Positions 17,506-24,991 of a stretch of 24,991 bases of DNA are shown here, one piece after another. Each line of letters starts with the position of its first letter. The first letter of the stretch is position 1. The notes beneath the pieces were generated by a model. That model was not told where the DNA came from. It made no database searches and worked only from the letters and a program-made list of their open reading frames with translations. The DNA comes from Candidatus Ratteibacteria bacterium (lineage in GTDB: Bacteria; Ratteibacteria; UBA8468; B48-G9; DTJG01): assembly GCA_049971295.1 (NCBI GenBank), contig JBMFLH010000007.1, forward strand, positions 4,919 to 29,909. Direction: 5' to 3'. The position numbers and the translations under genes were made by a program.

Positions 17506-19051
17506 CCTGCAAGACCTTTTCTTTTTCTTTCTTTATTCTTTCTGCTTCCTCAAAATTTGTAATGATATGAGGGGTGATGAAAATCAAAAGATTTGTTTTT
17601 ACGCTACCCTTTGATTCTCTTTTGAATAATTTTCCAAGACCTGGTATGTCCCCCAAAAATGGTGTTTTGTTCGTTGTACTTTCTGTATCATTCCGTATCA
17701 ATCCACCAAGAACAATCGTCTGATTATTTGGCACTATCAATGTCGTGTCTGCCTCCCTTTTTGCTGTGGTCAGTGCACCTTCTGTGTTTTCAGTCACAAC
17801 CTTGGTAACCTCCTGATGAAGCTTCAAACGGACATACTTATCCTGGCTGATTTGAGGAGTAATCTTGAGAATAATACCAACATCCTTGTAATCATAACTT
17901 CTGATAGTATCAGTACCTGAGCCACCAGTAGTTGTTGTGAACCTTGTTTCTTTAAGGTATGGAGTGTTTTCACTGATGTTAATCGTGGCTTCTGTATTAT
18001 CGGCTGTCATAATTTGCGGTGTGCTAAGGATATTGAACTGTGTATCTTTTCCGCTCAGTGCTATTTTCACGTGATCTATCAAACTTTTTGTATTGGTAAA
18101 GCCAATTAATAACCCGTTTGATGCAGTTTCAATACCAAACTTTGTTTCGGCTGAACCAGTATATTTGTTGTGGTCAAAATCCTGAACCGTCTTCCATTGA
18201 ATCCCAATGTCCTGCTCTTTCTTATAAGAAACCTCTGCAATTAATGCCTCAATGAGAACCTGATTGGTCATCACATCGAGTTCCTTAATTAAACTTTCAA
18301 TATTGGAAAAATCGTCTGATTCTGCATAGGCAATCAAAGAATTTGTCGCTTTCACGGCAACAACCGCGGGTTGAATGATTTGCTGACCAGGCCTTGTTGG
18401 CTGAACCCGTTTTTTTGCAAGTATTTCATTAAGAGTTTTTGCCACATCTTCTGCATTTGCGTTTTGAAGCTTGAAAACACGAAGGGATTCTTTACCCGGT
18501 GGGCTTGGCTGGTCGATAGATTTAACTATTTCAAGCATTTTCTTTATATTTGCGCCAAAATCAGACAAAAATATCGTATTACTTCTGCTGTCAAAAGAAA
18601 TCTGACCTGCTTTTGAAAGATACGGAGTGAGAATCTGGGAGATGGTCTCAACTGGATAGTACTTCATTGGAATAATTTGAGTGATGTGCAGGTCAAGTTT
18701 ATCGCCTGTAATATCGCCATAATTCACAATAGGACTTCTTGCTCTTCCATCAGTTGAAGGAATAATAAAAGAAACACTGTCCCTTTTTACAATGGTAAAG
18801 CCGTAAAGATTCAAAACTGCCTGAAAAACCTGATACAATTTGTCACTTTCAACAGGTCTCTGGGAAATGATTGTCACACTACCACGAACAGCCGGGTCAA
18901 TAACATAATTTTCGCCAGTAAATTCACTGACAAGTTTGATAAAAGTCAGAATATCAACATTATTGAAGTTCAATGTAAACTGCTTCTGGGCAAAAGCACA
19001 AATACAAAATACCAGTATCAGTCCTGTTAAAATAGATTTCTTGAATATCAT
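17489..19051 (-). CDS. gspD: Type II secretion secretin D
   Basis: Signal peptide, N0 (LNFNNVDI..FIKLVSEFTGENYVIDPAVRGSVTI), QVLIEALIAEV, DVGIILKITPQI and IVLGGLI...TPFLGDIPGLGKLF...LLIFITPHII. Confidence 0.93.
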   Translation of the reverse strand: MIFKKSILTGLILVFCICAFAQKQFTLNFNNVDILTFIKLVSEFTGENYVIDPAVRGSVTIISQRPVESDKLYQVFQAVLNLYGFTIVKRDSVSFIIPSTDGRARSPIVNYGDITGDKLDLHITQIIPMKYYPVETISQILTPYLSKAGQISFDSRSNTIFLSDFGANIKKMLEIVKSIDQPSPPGKESLRVFKLQNANAEDVAKTLNEILAKKRVQPTRPGQQIIQPAVVAVKATNSLIAYAESDDFSNIESLIKELDVMTNQVLIEALIAEVSYKKEQDIGIQWKTVQDFDHNKYTGSAETKFGIETASNGLLIGFTNTKSLIDHVKIALSGKDTQFNILSTPQIMTADNTEATINISENTPYLKETRFTTTTGGSGTDTIRSYDYKDVGIILKITPQISQDKYVRLKLHQEVTKVVTENTEGALTTAKREADTTLIVPNNQTIVLGGLIRNDTESTTNKTPFLGDIPGLGKLFKRESKGSVKTNLLIFITPHIITNFEEAERIKKEKEKVLQDDKKK

Positions 19052-19068
19052 TTTATCTCGGGCGATAT

Positions 19069-19878
19069 TTATCTCATCGGTTGCTGCATACCTTGTTGGC
19101 CTGTTCCCGTTGTTTGCTGGTATCTTTGCTCAAGATCAGTAATAAACTTGTCAAGAGCATCTGTTGCAACCTTTTTTACATCAGGGTCAGGGTCTTTCAT
19201 CATGTTCAAAAGAATTCTCAAAATCAAAATGTCATTTGCACTTCTGACATTCTGAGTACTGGAAGACGAAGTTCTGCTCGTATTTCCATACTGATTATCT
19301 GTTTGCGCTCTGATTACAAACAATCTGATAGCGTACTTCCTTACCACAGGGTCAGGGTCATGCATAAATCTCATTAAACTTGCGTCTGACCCGAAAATCT
19401 GGTCAAGAGCGATTGAAACAAGGTCTCTTATTTCAGGGTCAGGGTCACCAAGCATCGTAAAAAATTCTGGAATAATTGTTGTGGTTCCAAGCCCCTCTCC
19501 TGTGGTAGTGTTTGAAGAACCTGAACGTGTATTAGTACCACCCCTGATAGAAAAAATATCGCCGATGCCTGTGGTCGTTGTGGATGAACCTGACGTTGTC
19601 GTACTTCCAAGGGTCATACCACCTACAAGGGCTTGAACTGCCTGCATCCTTACTTCTTTGTTGGGATGCCGAAGCATGTTGGCAACTGCTGCAACAACAA
19701 AATCCGCGCTTCCGGTGGTATCATAACCAGAAGTACCACTGGTACCGGTTCTTGAACTTCGGGTTGAACTTGTCCTTGAAGTAGATGAAGAGGTCCTTGT
19801 GGAAGTTGTCTGGGCAAATAACTCAAGGTAGCCAGCAATAAATATCATAAGTATCGCCCATATTAATATCTTTTTCAT
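19069..19878 (-). CDS. Exported HEAT-repeat protein with Ser/Thr/Gly-rich inserts
   Basis: Signal peptide MKKILIWAILMIFIAGYLELFA|Q. Four HEAT-like units: LRHPNKEVRMQAVQAL, LGDPDPEIRDLVSIAL, MHDPDPVVRKYAIRLF and MKDPDPDVKKVATDAL. Confidence 0.8.
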   Translation of the reverse strand: MKKILIWAILMIFIAGYLELFAQTTSTRTSSSTSRTSSTRSSRTGTSGTSGYDTTGSADFVVAAVANMLRHPNKEVRMQAVQALVGGMTLGSTTTSGSSTTTTGIGDIFSIRGGTNTRSGSSNTTTGEGLGTTTIIPEFFTMLGDPDPEIRDLVSIALDQIFGSDASLMRFMHDPDPVVRKYAIRLFVIRAQTDNQYGNTSRTSSSSTQNVRSANDILILRILLNMMKDPDPDVKKVATDALDKFITDLEQRYQQTTGTGQQGMQQPMR

Positions 19879-19947
19879 TTTTCACCCCCTGCCGTGTTTT
19901 TCACAGCCTTTTATAATTTGACGATTCCCATCCTGCTATGGTTTATA

Positions 19948-21843
19948 TTAAAATTTTTCAAGCAACCCACCATCAATTTTTTTCTCCATCTTCTGCACAT
20001 CTGGCTTGCTAACAACCTGTGCATCTTCATAGCTGCTTACAACCCTTGGAGTTAAAAATAAAAGCATTTCGCTCCTTGCATTGCTGTAACTTGGCTTACT
20101 GAAGAAATAATTAAGAATTGGTATATGCTGTAAAAATGGGACACCTGTTGATTTGAGTTCTTTCCTGTCCTGTATCATACCACCAATAATCAGGGTTTGT
20201 CCATCAAACACCACAATACTCTGATTTGTCTCTCTACTGGAAATCACTGGCTGATCTGTTGAATATTGCTGTCCACCTGCAGTAGCCGTTAATCTTCTAA
20301 TCTCTATCAGTCGGGCGTCATAGATATTGAGATTCAAAAAAATACTCCTGTTTCTCTGAATAATTGGCGTGACCATAAACTCTGTACCAACCTGGTCTTC
20401 GAATACATTAAACGTTGCTGTTGTTGTGATGGTTTGCTGCTGCTGGGACACTGTGGATTGAGGAATCAGGTAGGGAACATTCTGTTCAACGGCAATGACC
20501 GCGGTTGTACCATTGAGACACATAATTTTTGGCGCCTGCAATAATCTCACCTGACCCTTGGCGCTCAATGCCTGTATCAGGGCATTAACATTGTAATTTG
20601 TTATCCCAAAAGCAAATCCGCCCTGAGGTAACGATGAGGATACGCCAGGAGTAAAGTTTGGATTGTCGCCAAACCTTGGTCCTGTCAATGTTCCACCTGA
20701 ACCAAGTGCCTCTACAAGTCGCGAACTGACAAGCCAGTCAATACCAAAAGTATTTTCATCTGACAGCACTATTTCCACAAGTTTTGCCTCAATAAGCACC
20801 TGTGAAATCGGGGTATCGAGAGAAGAGACAATGTCACCAATTTTTGTTGCTGTGTCTTCATCTGATGCCTCAACCACAATTGAGTTTGTCCTTGGTTCGT
20901 GAACAATCGTCTGGGTGGGAAATGTCTCTTTCAATGCCTTCATAATACTGTATGCATCACCATAATGGACCTGATAAACCCTGCGAAGTCGCGCCTTCAC
21001 TGCTGCGGCAGACCTATTAAATTCTTCAGCCGTCATAATTTTGATTACACCATTATCCTCCACATACTTCAAATTATTTGCCTCGCAGATGAGGTCAAGA
21101 ACCCTCTGAAGTGGCAGATCCTTTACATTGATAGAAACTCTTCCAGTAATACCCTGCATCAGCACAATATTGGCTCCAGTGAGGTCATAAATTAATTTCA
21201 GGGTCTGGTTCAGGTCTGCGTCTGTCAGGTTCAGTGTGACAGGATATTCTCCAACCTTGCCCAACACAATGCCTGGTTTCTTCTGATTAATCAGTTCATC
21301 AATCTGAAATCTTGCCTTGTTGGCAAGTCTAATGGCTTCTGTAAACTGGCTATTTTCATATGCCTCTTTTGCCATTTTCAAACTTGACCTTGGACCGAGC
21401 AGTTGAAACTCTGTCAGTTTGCCTTCCTTTTCAACTGAATTAAGATATCCTGCTGTGCTCAAAAGAACCTTCTGTGCCTCTTCAGCCAATGCTTCAAGTT
21501 CGCCTTCTTTATTAATTTCTATCTCTCTGGTCGGTTGTCCAGGTACCTTGTAAACCGCTACAGGATTTGATTTGCCAAGACGGCTTTCAGCACTTCTGAT
21601 ATAGTGAATAATCTGAGACTTCTTGTATTCAGGAGAAAGCCCCTGAATTTGTTTGAGAAGCGCGATGGCTCTTGAATAATCCTTCTGGTAATAACTTTTG
21701 ATTGCATCACTGTAGAGAAGGTCAAGTTCTGTTGTAGACGTGGCAAATGTCTGAGTTCGTTGAGCAAATACAGGTATCGCATGAAACATCCATGCAACTG
21801 TCACTGACATTATTAACAATTTAATTATTTTCTTGCGGGTCAT
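19948..21843 (-). CDS. PilQ-like secretin with N-terminal TPR-like helices and an STN/N0 domain
   Basis: Signal peptide, TPR-like LYSDAIKSYYQKDYSRAIALLKQI, STN-like VTLNLTDADL...ITGRVSINVKDLPLQRVLDLI, QVLIEAKLVEI and GQTLIIGGMI...GVPFLQHIPILNYFF...LLFLTPRVV. RBS GGAGG. Confidence 0.88.
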   Translation of the reverse strand: MTRKKIIKLLIMSVTVAWMFHAIPVFAQRTQTFATSTTELDLLYSDAIKSYYQKDYSRAIALLKQIQGLSPEYKKSQIIHYIRSAESRLGKSNPVAVYKVPGQPTREIEINKEGELEALAEEAQKVLLSTAGYLNSVEKEGKLTEFQLLGPRSSLKMAKEAYENSQFTEAIRLANKARFQIDELINQKKPGIVLGKVGEYPVTLNLTDADLNQTLKLIYDLTGANIVLMQGITGRVSINVKDLPLQRVLDLICEANNLKYVEDNGVIKIMTAEEFNRSAAAVKARLRRVYQVHYGDAYSIMKALKETFPTQTIVHEPRTNSIVVEASDEDTATKIGDIVSSLDTPISQVLIEAKLVEIVLSDENTFGIDWLVSSRLVEALGSGGTLTGPRFGDNPNFTPGVSSSLPQGGFAFGITNYNVNALIQALSAKGQVRLLQAPKIMCLNGTTAVIAVEQNVPYLIPQSTVSQQQQTITTTATFNVFEDQVGTEFMVTPIIQRNRSIFLNLNIYDARLIEIRRLTATAGGQQYSTDQPVISSRETNQSIVVFDGQTLIIGGMIQDRKELKSTGVPFLQHIPILNYFFSKPSYSNARSEMLLFLTPRVVSSYEDAQVVSKPDVQKMEKKIDGGLLEKF

Positions 21844-21857
21844 TTTCCCTCCATATT

Positions 21858-21887
21858 ATTTTACCTTCACAAAGATCATTAAGTCAA
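21858..21887 (-). promoter_or_regulatory. Possible internal promoter ahead of the PilQ-like secretin
   Basis: TTGACT(21887-21882)-N18-TAAAAT(21863-21858) fills the 45-nt gap. The implied start site would fall almost on the RBS. Confidence 0.3.
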
Positions 21888-21888
21888 G

Positions 21889-23832
21889 TCACTCAGCAGG
21901 TATCTCTATTGTAACACCTTCCTTTGATAATGTAAGTACTCCTTTTTCTTTTTTCAGGATTCTGAAACCTTCAACAACATCTCCAACAGTTACCCTGTAT
22001 GTTCTCTGCTTTCCTTCAAGGAAAATGTATTCAATGCCCTCCATAATCAAACTGCCCCTGTATACAAGCGGGCACTCAATCTGAGGCACAATCAATGGCG
22101 AAATTTCAGGTTTTGTAGCAGGCGCTGGTGGAAGAATTTTCGTCACTGTGGCTTCAGAAATTGTTGCTGTGGTTGGTTCTGGCTTTTCTGGTTTCAAAAT
22201 TGGACTGATTTTCGTTGGTGTTTCTCTCACAGGTTTTTGAGCACCTGCTGATACAATAGACGGCTTTTTTGAAATGGTAATAATCTCTGGCTGGTATGCT
22301 CTGGCGATTTCAGTAGGCTTTGGCTTTTTCGCCAGTTCCATTGTTAACACGCCTCCTGAAAACGGATCTCTTTTTCCTTCTATACTGATGGAAGGTATTT
22401 TAAACTCCTCCACTTTTAACTCAGCCATTTGCGTGGTTTCTGATTTTTGTGCACCTGCTTTTTCAGAACCAAACATTTCCTCAAATTTTTCTCTCGGTGG
22501 CTGCCATCTGAGAGTGTAAAAAAGTATTTCACCCAGCCACACAAGAAGAAGCAAAAAGAAAAGTATTCTGAATGCATTTTTTCTTAAAAGTGGCCCAATT
22601 TTTACTGGTTCTCTATATTTTTTCGGTTTTTCTACCTTTGCAGGAACTGCCTTTTTCTCTTTTTCAGGCACAGGCATAATGCCTGTTGGCACAACAAAAG
22701 ATTCAGGTGAAGGAACCTTGATGCCAGCCGCCTTTTTCACAGAAACTAATATTGGTGATACCGTCCGTGCAAGGTTTTCAGCAGCAGTCTTACCAAGACC
22801 TGAAACAGAACTATAAATTTTTGAACAAAATTCTTTTAATTGTTTCTCATATTCTTTCTTTGCTTTTTCAGCAGCTACTTTTTCTGCCCTCTTTTTTGCG
22901 GCAAGCAAAATTTCAGCCCTCAAAAGTTCCTTTCTTTGAAGGGCAATCTGTCTCTGTCTTTCCTTAAATTCTGCAACCTGCGCAGCCTTTAACTGTTTTT
23001 CCTGTTTATACGCAATCGCTGCAATCTCTTTCTGTTTTTTCAGAGCTTCTTTTGCAATTTTCTGCCGAGTAATCCTTGACTGGTATTGCTGTTTGAGGGT
23101 GCTGATAAAGGAGATGAGCTTCTTCTTTTTTTCAGGTCTCACATCAACAGGAGCTGGTCTGACAGGTTTTGGTTTAATTTGTTTCCTCAACTCCTCTGCC
23201 TTCTGCCGCCTGGCTTGCTCTATCGCCTCCCTCTCTTTAGCCTTCTCTGCCTTCTCCCGCAATAACTCCTGCCGCCGAATCCTGGCTGCCTCTATCTTAG
23301 CTAACCTGTCTGCCTCTGCCTTGACCTCTGCCTGTCGCCTATCTTCCTCTAACTTCTTCTGCCTCTCTATCGCCTCCTGCCTGCGCCGCTCTTCCTCATA
23401 ACGTACCTTCAACTTTATCCCATTAATAAAATCTACCAAACGCTGCTTCTGTATTTTTCTTCTGTCTTCGGAATTTTTCTTGCTGGAATTTTTCTGGCGG
23501 TTCAGGCGTGGCTTTTTCGAATCTTTCTTATTCGACGAGTCATCTGACGAAGAATTATCTCCGTCCTTTCCCAGGTCACTGGTACTATCTCCTGGTTCTC
23601 CAGGTGAACTGGAAGATGCAAAACTGAAAGCAAAAATCGGCTTCAGTTTTATGGAAGGTCTCTTGACCGGCGTATGTTTACCAATAGTGCTATCATTATG
23701 AACCTTCTCATGGTTTTTTTCAGCAACTGATTCTGCTGCCTTCTGTCTTGCCGCAATAAATTGCCGAACAAGGTTTCTTCTTCCTTTTCTATCAAGTCCT
23801 CTCCACTTCTTGATAAAATCCTGTTTCATCAC
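21889..23832 (-). CDS. Bitopic membrane protein, 647 aa, with a long charged N-terminal region and a C-terminal PilP/GspC-HR-like beta domain
   Basis: Single TM RILFFLLLLVWLGEILFY, then GKRDPF (PilP-type motif), a Pro/Thr linker and LVYRGSL...YRVTVGDVVEGFRILKKEKGVLTL. It occupies the pilP position between PilO-like and PilQ-like genes. Confidence 0.65.
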   Translation of the reverse strand: MMKQDFIKKWRGLDRKGRRNLVRQFIAARQKAAESVAEKNHEKVHNDSTIGKHTPVKRPSIKLKPIFAFSFASSSSPGEPGDSTSDLGKDGDNSSSDDSSNKKDSKKPRLNRQKNSSKKNSEDRRKIQKQRLVDFINGIKLKVRYEEERRRQEAIERQKKLEEDRRQAEVKAEADRLAKIEAARIRRQELLREKAEKAKEREAIEQARRQKAEELRKQIKPKPVRPAPVDVRPEKKKKLISFISTLKQQYQSRITRQKIAKEALKKQKEIAAIAYKQEKQLKAAQVAEFKERQRQIALQRKELLRAEILLAAKKRAEKVAAEKAKKEYEKQLKEFCSKIYSSVSGLGKTAAENLARTVSPILVSVKKAAGIKVPSPESFVVPTGIMPVPEKEKKAVPAKVEKPKKYREPVKIGPLLRKNAFRILFFLLLLVWLGEILFYTLRWQPPREKFEEMFGSEKAGAQKSETTQMAELKVEEFKIPSISIEGKRDPFSGGVLTMELAKKPKPTEIARAYQPEIITISKKPSIVSAGAQKPVRETPTKISPILKPEKPEPTTATISEATVTKILPPAPATKPEISPLIVPQIECPLVYRGSLIMEGIEYIFLEGKQRTYRVTVGDVVEGFRILKKEKGVLTLSKEGVTIEIPAE

Positions 23833-23837
23833 AAGTC

Positions 23838-24680
23838 CTATTTAGGCGCGCCGGGCGGTTTCCCAGTGGGTTGTGGAGATGGAGCATTACCAGCTGAAGA
23901 ACCCGGAGATTGCGCCTTTGCAACAGTAATCGTTTCCGGCACAGCAGCAGCTTTTTCTATCATCACAGCATTGATCTTAAAATTTGCCTGAAACATTCCA
24001 GAACTTCTTTTGCTCACCGCAAAACTTTCAAGCGTAAAAAATGACGAAGGATTATTAAGATAACGCATGAACTTGACTATTTCAATACTGGTTCCAGTAA
24101 TTGAGACATCAAGTGGAAGAATTTTATAAAATGCGACAGTTGACGGAATACCCGGTACAACTGAATTAACCACACTCACACCCGAATCAATTAAAAGGTC
24201 AAGAATATGTTTGATAATCGTAATCTGGAGTGAAAATAAAGGAATCTGATCAGATGAGGGAAAACCAGTTTCCTGGAATCCAAAAGAAGTTGGGATAATC
24301 ACATCATTTTTTCTGGCTTTCTTTTTCAAAGAATCTCCAGTTTCAAATAGAAATTCTTTAAATTCAACATTGGGGAAAACCCTGAATTCTGGTACTGTCG
24401 GATAAGTCGTAGAGAAACGATTCAACATTGAATTGAACTGTTCAGCAATTGCTACATATTGCTGTTGCAGTTTATTAACAAGTTCTGGCGATGGCGCCAG
24501 TTCTTTCTGGGTTTGGTACTTTCTTATCTCTTCGTGTTTTGCCTTGATTTCTTCTTCCATTTTCTTCAATTCCTGCTGTGTCTTTCTAATTAGATTATAA
24601 CCAAATCCCAGCATACCAATAACAATTACAAGAAATACAAAATTCAGGTTCTTCTTCAAAAAACTCAATATCTTCTTCAT
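23838..24680 (-). CDS. PilO-like / Amuc_1100-like pilus-associated protein
   Basis: N-terminal TM, coiled coil, FKEFL...KKARKNDVIIPTSFGF...P....LFSLQITIIKHILDLLIDSGVS (recalled Amuc_1100-family pattern) and PilO-type LPLDVSITGTSIEIVKFMRYL. Confidence 0.65.
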   Translation of the reverse strand: MKKILSFLKKNLNFVFLVIVIGMLGFGYNLIRKTQQELKKMEEEIKAKHEEIRKYQTQKELAPSPELVNKLQQQYVAIAEQFNSMLNRFSTTYPTVPEFRVFPNVEFKEFLFETGDSLKKKARKNDVIIPTSFGFQETGFPSSDQIPLFSLQITIIKHILDLLIDSGVSVVNSVVPGIPSTVAFYKILPLDVSITGTSIEIVKFMRYLNNPSSFFTLESFAVSKRSSGMFQANFKINAVMIEKAAAVPETITVAKAQSPGSSAGNAPSPQPTGKPPGAPK

Positions 24681-24991
24681 TTTACTTTAGCAGTCAAAAG
24701 AAATTTCAGTTTTCCTGTTTCTCGATCAAGCTCACAAGAATCAATGTTCACCTCAGAGAAAAATTCCAATTTTGAAAGCTTCTGGACAAAGGTCTTCAGG
24801 TCAGAAAATGCGCTTCTGATATCTGTAGCAACTACTTCACCATCAAGCGTCAGAACACCAATATTCTCTGGCAGCGTTGAAGGAGGACCTGCTGGTGCAG
24901 AAACCTGTGCAGGAGCAGGTGCAGATGGCGGTGGCTCTGGCGCACCAGGCGGCATTGCTGGCGGAGGCGCTCCAGGACCAGGAGGCGCTCC
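24677..24991 (-). CDS. PilN-like protein, C-terminal part with a Pro-rich insert; 5' end lies outside the window
   Basis: The frame is open to the window edge (GAPPGPGAPPPAMPPG...). It ends LTLDGEV...LKTFVQKLSKLEFFSEVNI...KFLLTAKVK, a PilN-type pattern, and has an ATGA overlap with the next gene. Confidence 0.6.
   Translation of the reverse strand, partial: GAPPGPGAPPPAMPPGAPEPPPSAPAPAQVSAPAGPPSTLPENIGVLTLDGEVVATDIRSAFSDLKTFVQKLSKLEFFSEVNIDSCELDRETGKLKFLLTAKVK

Noticed and set aside
19891..19907. Small hairpin (GCTGTG-AAAAA-CACGGC, minus strand) before the HEAT gene RBS as a terminator or riboswitch
   Set aside because: It has only a 6-bp stem with a G-U pair and no U-tract, which is too weak to call.
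23093..23701. + strand Ser/Leu/Phe-rich ORFs
   Set aside because: They are antisense shadows of the charged low-complexity region of the 647-aa protein.
1..24991. tRNA, rRNA, IS or prophage elements
   Set aside because: Intergenic gaps are short and mostly explained by promoters and terminators. No cloverleaf, transposase, integrase or phage gene was recognised. The remaining short ORFs in the track overlap well-supported genes.

Overview
AT-rich bacterial chromosomal window, probably from a PVC-related lineage such as Omnitrophota or Ratteibacteria. That placement is inferred from the DUF1559-type pilin-like genes and an Amuc_1100-like gene, not from a marker gene. On the + strand at left are a 5'-truncated alginate-export-type outer-membrane beta-barrel with a terminator, a small hypothetical ORF and nadC. 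The rest is on the - strand. A ~17 kb tightly packed run begins with a type IV pilus-like module: PilN-like (partial), Amuc_1100/PilO-like, a giant membrane-anchored PilP/GspC-like protein and a PilQ-like secretin. An exported HEAT-repeat protein follows, then a type II secretion set gspD-E-F-G-H-I-J-K-L-M, with polA overlapping gspM by ATGA. Downstream are three tandem DUF1559-like prepilins behind tandem sigma70-like promoters and a terminator. Next come an O-antigen-ligase/TPR protein (candidate pilin oligosaccharyltransferase), a QueG-like Fe-S protein and a DUF4416 protein. The main highlights are four. gspH is split by a one-base frameshift at a T9 tract. The pilin paralogs share a near-identical 5' cassette whose relationships disagree with those of the gene bodies. 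Two secretins sit in one cluster with no canonical gspC. polA is embedded in the secretion operon. No RNA genes, CRISPR arrays or transposases were recognised.
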